Origin: a virus | Reading direction: 5' to 3' (one strand) | Length of the DNA stretch: 64,000 nt | IMG/VR virus record: IMGVR_UViG_3300028666_000002 | In this document: positions 1 through 9,501 of the stretch, in pieces | Numbering within the stretch: the first letter of the stretch is position 1 | Layout: every line of letters starts with the position of its first letter | Position numbers and translations under genes: made by a program | Notes under the pieces: generated by a model | The model's database searches: none | The model's input: the letters and a program-made list of their open reading frames with translations, nothing else | Told to the model about the DNA's origin: nothing

Positions 1-2193
1 ACGGACCAGAGCTTGAATGGTAGCGATATCCATGATGTTTTTGGGCAAAATCTCTATAACGTTCGGAATCATTGATTTGGTGTTGATTTGGAAAAGAGTC
101 TCACAAGCTCCGCCCCAGACGCTCTTAAATACTTCCGGAACTTCAGGAAGATCCCAAACATAGGCGAGTTCATTGTTGTGGGTAAAATATCCAACCGTAT
201 TTTTCTCATTATTCTTTTTATTGATTAAATCAAGGCATACGCGCACATCTCGCAACTGATGGATAACTAGAAAGTCATATTTGATAAGACCGGCAGATTC
301 GCATTCTTTAGCCTCATATTGAGTAACGTTGCCATCTTTTACCGGAACGATATCTTTAATCGGAATGTCACTCAAAACAAAAGCAGAAGCGTGTCGAGAA
401 AATGATCTGGTTAAACCCATGGCTTTACTAACAATATCCCATTCTTCTGGCCTTTCTTGGGCATATTTTTGTAAATCATCAGATAATTCTACCAATCCGG
501 GAATATGCTCGCCATCGCTATCTTCGTAACCAAATACGAACTGATGGTCATTTACGCCCTGTGGTGGCGTTGGAAGGCCCGTACTGAACGTTTCTATAGC
601 AGCCTCTACCTTACCATTAAAATATCTATTGGTGTCCTTTATGGCACTTTTAAGACGTATTGTGGTGCGCGTGGATATCTGCGCCGCCTTACTTCCATAA
701 CGGCCATATAGATACCCAGAATGGCCGTCTTCTCCCACCAAAAGTTCGCGTGATTCAAGGTCTACATCAATATCAGGAAGTTCTTTAGTCATGATACGAT
801 CCATAGAGAAGAAGCGAGTGAATGGCAAATCGTATTTAAATGGATTAACTTGAGTAATTCCCAATAGATAACAGAATAAACTACCGCCAGCGCTACCACG
901 ACCAGGACCGGCCAAAAGACCATTTTCCTTGTAGAAATTCAGAACATCTCTAATAGGAAGAAAATATGGAGTCAAATCTTTTACTGGATTTTTTGCAATA
1001 ACTTCAAGTTCTTCCCTAAGTCTAGCGGCATATCTGGGGTCGTCCCATCGCATACGACCATTTTCTTTAATGATCTGCATCGCTTGCTTAATAGGTTCCG
1101 GTCCAGAATCAGCTAAACGCCAGTCATATTTGAGTTCTAGTTTATCGTAGCGCTTACAAAACAACTCCTGGTTGTCAGTTATGCTTGAAATTAAACTGTC
1201 ACTTAGTTCCATCGCCTCTTTTAGGTATGTTGTCATTTCTTCCGATGACTTCATGTAAAGGTTAGGCTGAAGTTTATTGGTTCCCTCTTGTCGCATCGTT
1301 TGAACGACCTTATCCTCTTTTTTGGCGTAATATGCGTAATCACTAACCAAAATAGGAACATTATATTTTTGCGCTAGGGTTAAAAGCAATTTATTGACTT
1401 TTAGAAGAATATCTCCGCCTGGCAACGGCAGAAACCCCTTATGAAGCTTTACGGAGGCGATATCGCTATTGATTTCTTTGTTTACATTGTTGGAGAAAAT
1501 AGACTTTAATGTGGTATGGCCAGAACGCTCTGTCAAATCTAAGGCCTTAAATCTCCTAGCCCTATCGGTAGTTATTAAGTCATTGGCTAAGCAAGATACT
1601 TTGGTACCGTCTATAAGCTCTATTTCAATAACGCTATTCCATTTTTTAGTCCATGGTTCGCAAATTAAAGAAACGAATAGGCGATCTGGAAATATCTGCT
1701 TTAGCTTAAGAAATACAGTTTCCCCAACATCAGTGCCAGCCAACAACGTTTTCCCAACCATACAATGGGGGCCGCCAAGGACTATATCAATGTCGAATTT
1801 AGCAATAGCCTCTAAATCCTTCCAAGACCAAAGTTGTTGAACTTCTTCGTAAATTTCAATAGTTGGAAAGTCAGTTTGACTAACCACCCTACACAGTTCT
1901 TGATAAGCTTCCTGATTTTTACAGAAAAGAGTTGCCGTAAAATATTTGCAACGATTGGCGGTAGTGCCCGACACAATTGGACAGGTAGAATCTTTAAAAT
2001 AAATTTCTAGCCCAGGAATAAATTTTAGACCTTTTTTCTTAACTAAAGAATATGTTTTGAGACAAGAAGATAAGTGTCCATGGTCGGTGTAAGCAAAATG
2101 TGTGCGACCCAATGTTACCGCTCTATCAACCATGTTGGTGATAGTGCTACCGGTTAATGGTGATTCACAGTGAGTATGTAATGAAACTTTCAT
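1..2193 (-). CDS. dnaE: DNA polymerase III alpha subunit (C family), partial, runs off the left edge
   Basis: Not in the ORF track. Manual reading from ATG at 2193 gives MKVSLHTHCESP...AYTDHGH (PHP domain), then PGRGSAGGSLFCYLLGIT...LPDIDVD (DnaE catalytic signature, ~760-910). Confidence 0.95.
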   Translation of the reverse strand, partial: MKVSLHTHCESPLTGSTITNMVDRAVTLGRTHFAYTDHGHLSSCLKTYSLVKKKGLKFIPGLEIYFKDSTCPIVSGTTANRCKYFTATLFCKNQEAYQELCRVVSQTDFPTIEIYEEVQQLWSWKDLEAIAKFDIDIVLGGPHCMVGKTLLAGTDVGETVFLKLKQIFPDRLFVSLICEPWTKKWNSVIEIELIDGTKVSCLANDLITTDRARRFKALDLTERSGHTTLKSIFSNNVNKEINSDIASVKLHKGFLPLPGGDILLKVNKLLLTLAQKYNVPILVSDYAYYAKKEDKVVQTMRQEGTNKLQPNLYMKSSEEMTTYLKEAMELSDSLISSITDNQELFCKRYDKLELKYDWRLADSGPEPIKQAMQIIKENGRMRWDDPRYAARLREELEVIAKNPVKDLTPYFLPIRDVLNFYKENGLLAGPGRGSAGGSLFCYLLGITQVNPFKYDLPFTRFFSMDRIMTKELPDIDVDLESRELLVGEDGHSGYLYGRYGSKAAQISTRTTIRLKSAIKDTNRYFNGKVEAAIETFSTGLPTPPQGVNDHQFVFGYEDSDGEHIPGLVELSDDLQKYAQERPEEWDIVSKAMGLTRSFSRHASAFVLSDIPIKDIVPVKDGNVTQYEAKECESAGLIKYDFLVIHQLRDVRVCLDLINKKNNEKNTVGYFTHNNELAYVWDLPEVPEVFKSVWGGACETLFQINTKSMIPNVIEILPKNIMDIATIQALVR

Positions 2194-2243
2194 GTCTTTT
2201 TAGTATTACACAAAAAGTAATATTATTCAATCCAAAAAATATT

Positions 2244-2492
2244 TTATCCATCTTTACCATCTTGTACTATTTCCCATCCTTTTTCTTGAAACTTTTTACA
2301 CATTTTCTCTATAGATACTGCTATTCTAGCACTCTCAAATTTAAACTTATCTCTTAGATCATAGAAACTCATCCAAGATTGGATGTTATGCCATTGACCG
2401 TAGCTGTCAGTGTATCCAGATGCATGCAAGCCTAGATAGAAATTTTCTTTATCTTTACGAAGTAAGATGTCCTTACTTTCTAAATCTTTCAT
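2244..2492 (-). CDS. hypothetical protein
   Basis: ORF in a tightly packed minus-strand operon; no recognisable motif. Confidence 0.6.
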   Translation of the reverse strand: MKDLESKDILLRKDKENFYLGLHASGYTDSYGQWHNIQSWMSFYDLRDKFKFESARIAVSIEKMCKKFQEKGWEIVQDGKDG

Positions 2493-2494
2493 TG

Positions 2495-3136
2495 TTATTC
2501 CGATTCCAACAAAACTATCAAATCTTGTGTTTGACCGCCATCTTTTTTACTATTCATAATTTCTAGGAGCTTCTTGTATACATCTAAAGTGGCAAGGGTA
2601 TCTTCTTTTGCGTTGTGAAAATTACGTTTAGGTAATTGAAGATAATCAATAACTGTATTCAAACTTCCTAAATCCTGAGGAAACCAACCACAATCTTTCA
2701 GAAAATCAACATTTTGCATAACATCAACATGTTTATAGTGTAGGAGGCCTTCCCATTCTTTAGGAGATAAAAGATAATGCTGACTCCATTTTACGTCAAA
2801 TGGTACGTTATATCCCAAAGGGCGAATATTGATCGATCTACCAATTTTCTTTGAATATCTTTTTAACATGGCCACAAGCTTATCGTGGCCCTCGGAGTAA
2901 GCAACAGTTTCTGGATCTGCCAGGTGAGCTTTAATGTCAATTCCATTAACCTTAAGGGCGCCAGCTTCAGCTATCGGTAACCTACCGTCATTAGGTTTCA
3001 ATTTGAGATATAGTTCTTCAACCAATTTCAGATCTTCATCAAAAATGCCGCCATAAAATGTAAGAAGGTCAGCATCTTGAGGATTTAACCCTCCAGTCTC
3101 AGTATCAAACGCCATCACAAACTTATCTCTAGTCAC
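2495..3136 (-). CDS. DEDDh 3'-5' exonuclease (DnaQ/epsilon-like proofreading subunit)
   Basis: ExoI FDTETGG, ExoII YNVPFD, ExoIII HNAKED; close to dnaE. Confidence 0.88.
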   Translation of the reverse strand: MTRDKFVMAFDTETGGLNPQDADLLTFYGGIFDEDLKLVEELYLKLKPNDGRLPIAEAGALKVNGIDIKAHLADPETVAYSEGHDKLVAMLKRYSKKIGRSINIRPLGYNVPFDVKWSQHYLLSPKEWEGLLHYKHVDVMQNVDFLKDCGWFPQDLGSLNTVIDYLQLPKRNFHNAKEDTLATLDVYKKLLEIMNSKKDGGQTQDLIVLLESE

Positions 3137-3672
3137 GCGCTCTCCTTGGATATAAAAGTACTCGGCTTAATGAGATTTCTGTATTCGATCTCATAGCGAG
3201 ATTGGTCGTAAGTAAAGTTATTATTTCTAGTTCCAGCTGGGATGAGCTTTGCTTTATCTAGAAAACTCTTTTTTGAAATGAATCCGGTAATCCACACCTT
3301 ACTAGAATCATTTTTAACCCTGCAAAATATGTAGAAGCCAACTTCTCTATCGGCCTGTTCCTCGTAAAGTGTGCCTACAAAACTGAGGCCTGGAGCGCTA
3401 TTGCAACCCTGTGCTTTAACATCAAAAGTTACATCTTTCAAAAAGAAATCTACTTTTGGATCTTTACTAAACTCTAGCTTGCTATAAACTTCTTTAACAG
3501 CCATTTCTGCTAGATAGCCGGTCATTCTTTGTCTGGACTTATCTGTTCGGTGTGTTCCTGTGTTGCCTAGTTTCTTGAAGAATTCGTGATTACGCTTCTC
3601 AGCATTGGCAATCATTTCTTTAGTCAGTGTAACCTCTACAAAACCTGAATTATTGATTACCCAATTTTTCAT
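3133..3672 (-). CDS. hypothetical protein, possible PD-(D/E)xK nuclease fold
   Basis: GYLAE...VDF...DVK pattern resembles restriction-like nuclease active-site spacing. Confidence 0.45.
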   Translation of the reverse strand: MKNWVINNSGFVEVTLTKEMIANAEKRNHEFFKKLGNTGTHRTDKSRQRMTGYLAEMAVKEVYSKLEFSKDPKVDFFLKDVTFDVKAQGCNSAPGLSFVGTLYEEQADREVGFYIFCRVKNDSSKVWITGFISKKSFLDKAKLIPAGTRNNNFTYDQSRYEIEYRNLIKPSTFISKESA

Positions 3673-4319
3673 CTGAGCTTATCCTCTCGAATCTCCAAGA
3701 GACTGCCTCTAGTACCGTGGATACTTCTATCATAGTCTTCGCATATGTTGTTGTCAAGATCGATAACTTTTAATTTGTCTTTATAGTAAAAACAGACGAC
3801 ACCTAGCTTTTTGGTACCTATGGCTGTTTTACCAGAAATAAGTGCTTCTATCTTATCTGCTTTTTTATTGACTTGAAGTCTGGCCTCGTTGGCAAGTTTA
3901 TCGCAGCGTTCATTATGTTCGTCACCGGTATGACCTTCTACCCATCTAGTTTGAACATTCATTAGGTTTACTAATAGTTTAAGTCGTTTATATTTTTCGA
4001 TTTTATCTTGTTGTCGAAAGGTATACGTACCGTTAGTCCATCCTAAAACCAATTGACTATCGGCAACCAGGGTAACGGTCGGGTCAGATATACGTACAAA
4101 TTTTGTTTTACTCAAATCTTGAGGTTGGTTAATAAAGCCATAGACTGCCTCTAGTCCCTGAATAGCGGCTTCTAATTCTGCATCATTATTGCTAGCTTTT
4201 TCTAAATGACCGGAGCCTTCTGAGTGTTTTATACCATCTACCAATACCACATAGCCCCAACCGCCAGGTTTACTATTGACAGTAGCTGAGCCGTCCGAGT
4301 AAACCTCGATGATGGTCAT
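3669..4319 (-). CDS. rnhA: ribonuclease HI with C-terminal extension
   Basis: YSDGS..GGWG, NNDAELEA, DS, WVEGHTGDEHNERCDKLA match the RNase HI motifs. Confidence 0.93.
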   Translation of the reverse strand: MTIIEVYSDGSATVNSKPGGWGYVVLVDGIKHSEGSGHLEKASNNDAELEAAIQGLEAVYGFINQPQDLSKTKFVRISDPTVTLVADSQLVLGWTNGTYTFRQQDKIEKYKRLKLLVNLMNVQTRWVEGHTGDEHNERCDKLANEARLQVNKKADKIEALISGKTAIGTKKLGVVCFYYKDKLKVIDLDNNICEDYDRSIHGTRGSLLEIREDKLR

Positions 4320-4561
4320 TTTGTTTCGACTTTCTCGATTGGTGTAAGGGGAGTGCCCACGCCAGTGACCTGAAGAAGGGCGTTTGCAATATAATGGGCC
4401 TCTTCAGGAGATCCAGAGAATACAAGTTCTGTGGGTTGCAAATTGTTGAGTCCAGGAAAAATCTTGGGATCTGGAATAAAAGTTCTATGAATGTACACGG
4501 TCCCATTCATTTCTTGAACATCAAACTTATTCTCTTTAGTATTAATAGTTATCTTATTCAT
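4316..4561 (-). CDS. hypothetical protein
   Basis: Overlapping start/stop with neighbours in the operon. Confidence 0.6.
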   Translation of the reverse strand: MNKITINTKENKFDVQEMNGTVYIHRTFIPDPKIFPGLNNLQPTELVFSGSPEEAHYIANALLQVTGVGTPLTPIEKVETK

Positions 4562-4787
4562 CTTCGTTTACCATTCCTTCTCTTAGTTTCTCTATCGATT
4601 CCTCGTAAAGCTCTTCCACTTTCTCTTCTGGAATTGCCAGCAATCTGGCTATAACCGTATTATCTACCCCTTCCGGATTTTTTGCAAGAAATTTTGTTAT
4701 GGAATTGCTGCATTTAGGGCATCTGATGTAATCCTCTTCTTCAGCTATCTTTCTTTGAATTTCAACTTTGTCCATTTTTGCCCCCAA
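4554..4787 (-). CDS. small CxxC protein with a sigma region 4.2-like HTH (possible sigma co-factor)
   Basis: CPKC, then GVDNTVIARLLAIPEEKVEELYEESIEKLR, which follows the hydrophobic pattern of sigma70 region 4.2. Confidence 0.5.
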   Translation of the reverse strand: MGAKMDKVEIQRKIAEEEDYIRCPKCSNSITKFLAKNPEGVDNTVIARLLAIPEEKVEELYEESIEKLREGMVNEDE

Positions 4788-5151
4788 AATCTACCTGAAT
4801 CACATTATTATTAATGGCGTTTTGCTTTTTTTCCAATTCTTTCTTCAAATTAGATAAATAACCCTGAGTATCGCTTACCGCTTTACTCAAATCAGCCCTA
4901 TTATTTACCATCATAACAATTCTGGTTCTGGTTTTTGCCAACTCATCCCTTACTTTCTTAAATTCATGGGCCAAAACTACTATCTGATGACTTTTAAGAT
5001 ATGTAAGATTGGTCACTAAATCAGTTTCTAGAGTTGACAGAGCTTGAATATCTCTGCTTATTCCAGAAATATTAATCTGAACAGTTTTTATTCTGATTTC
5101 AGTATCTTTAACTTCTCGTTCTAATTTTGCCAGTTCTTCTATTTTGCCCAT
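4762..5151 (-). CDS. coiled-coil hypothetical protein
   Basis: Heptad-rich helical sequence; in operon. Confidence 0.6.
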   Translation of the reverse strand: MGKIEELAKLEREVKDTEIRIKTVQINISGISRDIQALSTLETDLVTNLTYLKSHQIVVLAHEFKKVRDELAKTRTRIVMMVNNRADLSKAVSDTQGYLSNLKKELEKKQNAINNNVIQVDFGGKNGQS

Positions 5152-5192
5152 ATTCCACGTATGGCTTAAATCACGATTATTCCTTTTATGGC

Positions 5193-5936
5193 CTAAAGCG
5201 TGATCAGCTTCCCCTCAATCAGGCAAGTTCCTTTGATGATAGGAACTGGAATCACATAAACGATACCAGTGGCCGTATCTAGATAGCCGATACCAAAACC
5301 CAAACTCCAGTCTTTCATGGCTTTAACCCTATGCATATAATCGATTTCTTCAACATCTCCGAGCCAGCCAAACATAGCTGAAACGTGTCTGTCACCATTC
5401 GCATTGCCTTCGACCATATATCCGATGCGATGGGTGTGACCGATAAGAACATTATGCTGAAACGTATCTAATGCTTTTTGGTGTGCGACTCTTCCACAAT
5501 TACCAGCATCATGGGTAATATTGAGTTTTCCGATCTTATATGCCTGCTTGTAAGGAACATACTTAAAGCCCTTTTCTTTCAATTCCAGAATCTTAGGAAT
5601 AGAAATAAAATCAAACAGTTCCGGGGCACGATCTTGAAGATATCTAAGCAGGCGATCTTCATGGTTTCCAGCGATGAATACATTATTTTTGGCACCAAGA
5701 GACTTGATTTGATCGAGAGCGGTCTTGGTAGATTCCACTTCTTCCTTAAGTTTTAAAGACCTATCGGGCGATTTGGAATGGCTGGAAACTCCATAAAAAT
5801 CTGCGAAATCTCCCATTATAACAATATGATGTGGTTTAAATTGTTTAGCCGCCTTTAACATCAAATTCCAGGCATTCAGGTCTACATATGGATGATGACA
5901 ATCGGGAATGAACAGGATTTTTTCAAGTTTAGACAT
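5193..5936 (-). CDS. calcineurin-like metallophosphoesterase
   Basis: DCH, GDFAD, GNHE, H and GHTH motifs. Confidence 0.9.
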   Translation of the reverse strand: MSKLEKILFIPDCHHPYVDLNAWNLMLKAAKQFKPHHIVIMGDFADFYGVSSHSKSPDRSLKLKEEVESTKTALDQIKSLGAKNNVFIAGNHEDRLLRYLQDRAPELFDFISIPKILELKEKGFKYVPYKQAYKIGKLNITHDAGNCGRVAHQKALDTFQHNVLIGHTHRIGYMVEGNANGDRHVSAMFGWLGDVEEIDYMHRVKAMKDWSLGFGIGYLDTATGIVYVIPVPIIKGTCLIEGKLITL

Positions 5937-6369
5937 CAGTATTTACTCCTAGTAAGTTATAGATTTCTTTCTTAGCTTTCATCGCTTTTACCGAAGCAGA
6001 TAGTCCACAATTTTGAGAGTTAGTGACCCATTCTACGTTGTCGAGGGTGTATCCTTTTTGAGAATTAATCCTATTTACCGTAGGGGTCATTTTCCTATCA
6101 AATTCACACATTACCCATCTTTTATACATTTGTAGAAAATCGGGATGATTTTTTGCCCAAGTGAGGAAGATATCCTTGGGCATTATAGGTTTTCCAATAT
6201 AAAGATCGGGACGATTAGTATTGGCCCCGGTAGTTACGCGATTTTTCATTGCACTATAAAGATTGTTTAAGAATCTACCTATTGTCACTTTTCTCTCATG
6301 ACTAGAGCAATAAACATCTTTATTACGAACATTCTTACTACAATCTTTATATTTGCAATTCTTCCTCAT
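5929..6369 (-). CDS. HNH-like endonuclease (possibly degenerate)
   Basis: PTVNRINSQKGYTLDNVEWVTNSQN resembles the DRID..KGY..DN..W...N HNH-like family, with the Asp replaced by Asn. Confidence 0.55.
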   Translation of the reverse strand: MRKNCKYKDCSKNVRNKDVYCSSHERKVTIGRFLNNLYSAMKNRVTTGANTNRPDLYIGKPIMPKDIFLTWAKNHPDFLQMYKRWVMCEFDRKMTPTVNRINSQKGYTLDNVEWVTNSQNCGLSASVKAMKAKKEIYNLLGVNTDV

Positions 6370-6374
6370 ATCAC

Positions 6375-7007
6375 TTAGTTAGCAGTAGTCGCGGTTGTAG
6401 GTGCTGCAGGAGCCGCTGCTGAAGAATCGGCTGGTGCCGCTTCTGTCGGAGCAGTGGTTTCTGTAGAAGTTGCCGCTGGCGCTGCTGCAGGGGCCTGAGG
6501 CGGAAGAATCGCGTAGGACTCCAAAATCTTGAAATCCAACTTTCCATCTTGAAGATGAAGGGTATCACCAACATTGGCGCCCTTGATTTTGCCCTGAAGT
6601 TCCGGAGAAAGTGCCTTGAGAGCAAATTGCACTCGCGGATTCTTAACGGTCCCATCAGTATCAAGTTCGCTACCAACAATGAAAGAATTCTCGCTAACCT
6701 GCGTCTCCGGAGCGATCACGCTCTGCAGAACCATATTATCGACCTTCTCCTTCAACTCCGAAATATTATTCTCAACCATAATGCGGTCCAGAACGGGGTC
6801 TGTAAGTTCTTCTCCACCGGCAGAGGCTTGAACAATGGCATTAACCTTATTATTCAAAAGCTTCACGGCATCCTTAAGAACCATGAAATCCCTAGCAAGG
6901 TTGTCAGATACGTTATAGAGCGAAAGAACTGCATTTTCCAAATCCGACAACTTTTGCGTAGCGCTACGGTTGTCAGTCTTTTTTTGATTTGCGGGTACAT
7001 TACTCAT
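6375..7007 (-). CDS. hypothetical protein with Ala/Thr/Pro-rich C-terminus
   Basis: Strong RBS (AAGGAG) upstream; coiled-coil N-terminus. Confidence 0.7.
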   Translation of the reverse strand: MSNVPANQKKTDNRSATQKLSDLENAVLSLYNVSDNLARDFMVLKDAVKLLNNKVNAIVQASAGGEELTDPVLDRIMVENNISELKEKVDNMVLQSVIAPETQVSENSFIVGSELDTDGTVKNPRVQFALKALSPELQGKIKGANVGDTLHLQDGKLDFKILESYAILPPQAPAAAPAATSTETTAPTEAAPADSSAAAPAAPTTATTAN

Positions 7008-7034
7008 TTTACTCTCCTTATTTTGTTAATTATA

Positions 7035-8012
7035 TCACGTTTTGTTAGATATATCTTTTAGTTTAGACAAAATGTTTCCTATTCCAGTACCTTGAGATGT
7101 TAGAGCGCTAGCAGCCCTAGCAGCCATTTGTTGGGCCAAAAACTCTTCTTGAGCCAATGTTGGCATGGGAATAGCGCTAGGATTCTTAACTTGCACTCCA
7201 CGTCTGGCAGAGATTTGTTTATTTCTATCATGCTTTTCTTGTTCCGTAAGCTGATATGCAGGCTTATCCAATGGAACATAATCTTCTTCCAAAAGTTCTC
7301 GCGGTACCCCTTCTTCTCTAGCAATTTGGTCTATGGTGGCATCTCGCTTTGTTCTCTTTACTGGCGCCTGTGTCCTAGCTGGCAATGGTTTATTAGTCTG
7401 CGGAGCTTTCTTTTGGCCAGTAGCACCACCGATAGGATTCAGGGTCTTTCGTTTAACAGGAGTTTCTTCAGTAACTCGTTTAACACTAGGAGTATAATCC
7501 TCAGAATTTTGAGTAGCTCCCTTGGTAGCAGTAAATGCTAATCTCTTAAGAACATCTACTTCTAATGCATTGAACGGGAAATCGAATTCTAAATGTTCTA
7601 CCTGAGTAACCTCTTTGCGCATGCCGAGCATGATTTCCATCTGTTCCTTTGCAAACTTTCGAATTGCCCTTTGAACACTTTGAACAGCCTTAGGATCAGC
7701 ATCCACACCTTCGAAAAGATCATGCCGCATTATCAATTTATACAAACTACCCTGTTCTAGTCGCAGATTGGCATCATTCAGAATAAGAGAAAAATCATCC
7801 TCCTCTTCCAATACCGCTTCACTCAAATCAAGTTCATACTCTTCCTCTTCCTGTGGCGGAAGTGGCGCGGACTGTCTAGGTGCTGGTGGGGCAGCAGGCC
7901 TAGGCAAACTAACTGGAGCGGCAGCAATAGGCTGTCCATTTCCATCTAGCTGTACTTCATCCGGCATATCCGGAAATGTCGCTTCTTCATCATCCCAAAG
8001 ATTTTGACTCAT
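7035..8012 (-). CDS. hypothetical protein (acidic/Pro-rich N-terminus)
   Basis: 325 aa ORF in operon; no recognised family. Confidence 0.7.
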   Translation of the reverse strand: MSQNLWDDEEATFPDMPDEVQLDGNGQPIAAAPVSLPRPAAPPAPRQSAPLPPQEEEEYELDLSEAVLEEEDDFSLILNDANLRLEQGSLYKLIMRHDLFEGVDADPKAVQSVQRAIRKFAKEQMEIMLGMRKEVTQVEHLEFDFPFNALEVDVLKRLAFTATKGATQNSEDYTPSVKRVTEETPVKRKTLNPIGGATGQKKAPQTNKPLPARTQAPVKRTKRDATIDQIAREEGVPRELLEEDYVPLDKPAYQLTEQEKHDRNKQISARRGVQVKNPSAIPMPTLAQEEFLAQQMAARAASALTSQGTGIGNILSKLKDISNKT

Positions 8013-8622
8013 TTTTAACCCGCCTATAATGGTAACAAATTACGAGTCCTAAAGCGTCAGCTTCGTCCTCATCTTTCTTTCTCAATGGCACTTTGAGAAA
8101 ATCCTTAAAAATTTCATTTACACGTCTTATATTAACATGCTTCCTACCAACAAGTCCAATTCTTTTTCCATTTAAATCGTAGGCAAGCTTACTTTTGTTC
8201 TTTTCTTTATACTTCCTAACCTGTTTGTTTCTCTCTTTCTCCTCTTTACTCATGGAACAGCCAATTTCTCTTCTCCAACTTTCTGTCATTATATACACGG
8301 CTTTGATTTGAGTTTCCTTGATGTATCTAGCCAATAGAAAGTGTATAAACTCTAATATCTTTTGGCTCATAGCATTCTTTGAGCCTTTAGATGTTTCCTC
8401 AATCACCAGAACATCTGGCGCTGTTTGATCGATTAATTCTTCTATTTCTTTGTAGCAAGAATAGGCCCAATCTACATAAGATTCCGGATAGACAGCGGTT
8501 ATTGGTTCGTGAATTTGTGTAAGTCTACCGTGAGATTCTAGGCGATACACATCCCCGCTTATCAGAAGAGCAAAACCCGTCTTTGTTGAAACATCCAAAG
8601 CAAGGACGCGTTCTTCGATCAT
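7990..8622 (-). CDS. RuvC-like Holliday junction resolvase
   Basis: VLALDVSTKTG, VIEE and DEADAL give the RNase H-fold RuvC acidic residues. Confidence 0.8.
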   Translation of the reverse strand: MIEERVLALDVSTKTGFALLISGDVYRLESHGRLTQIHEPITAVYPESYVDWAYSCYKEIEELIDQTAPDVLVIEETSKGSKNAMSQKILEFIHFLLARYIKETQIKAVYIMTESWRREIGCSMSKEEKERNKQVRKYKEKNKSKLAYDLNGKRIGLVGRKHVNIRRVNEIFKDFLKVPLRKKDEDEADALGLVICYHYRRVKNESKSLG

Positions 8623-8900
8623 TCCCCACCCTTCTCTTTAAGCAACGCGATCACATACTTACTTTTTGCACGGATGGCTTTCTTGGCATCTCGATATGGG
8701 GCCGCAAGTTCTGCTGCTTCAGCTTTGGCCTGTTCAAGGGCTTCGTCATCTTCCTTAGCTGTCTCTGTTTCCTCGGCATATTTGGCCAGAGTGGCAAGTT
8801 TATTGTTGAGTTGGTCTGCGGACAGTCCCTCAACTTCTGTGGCAAACTCTGGATAATTCTCTTGAACCTGTTCTCTATTGGACTTCTTTGATCGTGCCAT
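8619..8900 (-). CDS. hypothetical helical protein
   Basis: AAGGAG RBS; in operon. Confidence 0.65.
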   Translation of the reverse strand: MARSKKSNREQVQENYPEFATEVEGLSADQLNNKLATLAKYAEETETAKEDDEALEQAKAEAAELAAPYRDAKKAIRAKSKYVIALLKEKGGE

Positions 8901-8909
8901 AATTACTCC

Positions 8910-9143
8910 TTAAAAAGTAAGCGGTTTTTGTTCCTTAACACACATATCTTTATCAACTAAAACCTTTTGATAATCAGTAGGTTTTCCATCAACATGAAAT
9001 CTCTTGACATCTTTACTAAAATCAACAACGTAGCGCAATTCATTTTCGAACAAAATCTTACCTTCTACGTCGGCCTTTCTCTCATAAGAAAAAGATCCAC
9101 CCGTATGAACGGTTATGAGGATAGTGCAAATGATATCAAACAT
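8910..9143 (-). CDS. hypothetical protein
   Basis: AGGAG RBS; in operon. Confidence 0.55.
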   Translation of the reverse strand: MFDIICTILITVHTGGSFSYERKADVEGKILFENELRYVVDFSKDVKRFHVDGKPTDYQKVLVDKDMCVKEQKPLTF

Positions 9144-9144
9144 G

Positions 9145-9501
9145 TTAGCTCCTATCAGTATGGTCGAACTTTACTAGCTTCTTAAGCAGGTTCATTTTTG
9201 ACAAATAGGATATGAATGACTCTATCATAACCACATGTGCCGTATCGTTTGGAGCCACTTCTTTCCTGCTGAGCGTAATTGGTAACTGTACTTTACTATA
9301 ACTCCTTTTTGCTTCACTTACAACATTAAAAAAATCACGATAGGTAACCAAGTGTTCTAATTTGGTTACTTCGAGATGCTTATTAAATATGGTTTGAAGA
9401 AAGGCGAGTCGGTCTGCCCTATTCAAATTTGGTTCTTTTTCAAGGTATTCTCTGAGTTCTTGTTCAATCTGTTTCGGATCTGACATTGCTGGTTTCTCCA
9501 T
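9145..9501 (-). CDS. hypothetical protein
   Basis: ORF overlapping the end of the Rad50-like gene. Confidence 0.6.
   Translation of the reverse strand: MEKPAMSDPKQIEQELREYLEKEPNLNRADRLAFLQTIFNKHLEVTKLEHLVTYRDFFNVVSEAKRSYSKVQLPITLSRKEVAPNDTAHVVMIESFISYLSKMNLLKKLVKFDHTDRS

Noticed and set aside
329-2357. Plus-strand ORFs in the track over the first 2.3 kb
   Set aside because: They are mostly antisense to dnaE, which the track missed because it runs off the window edge.
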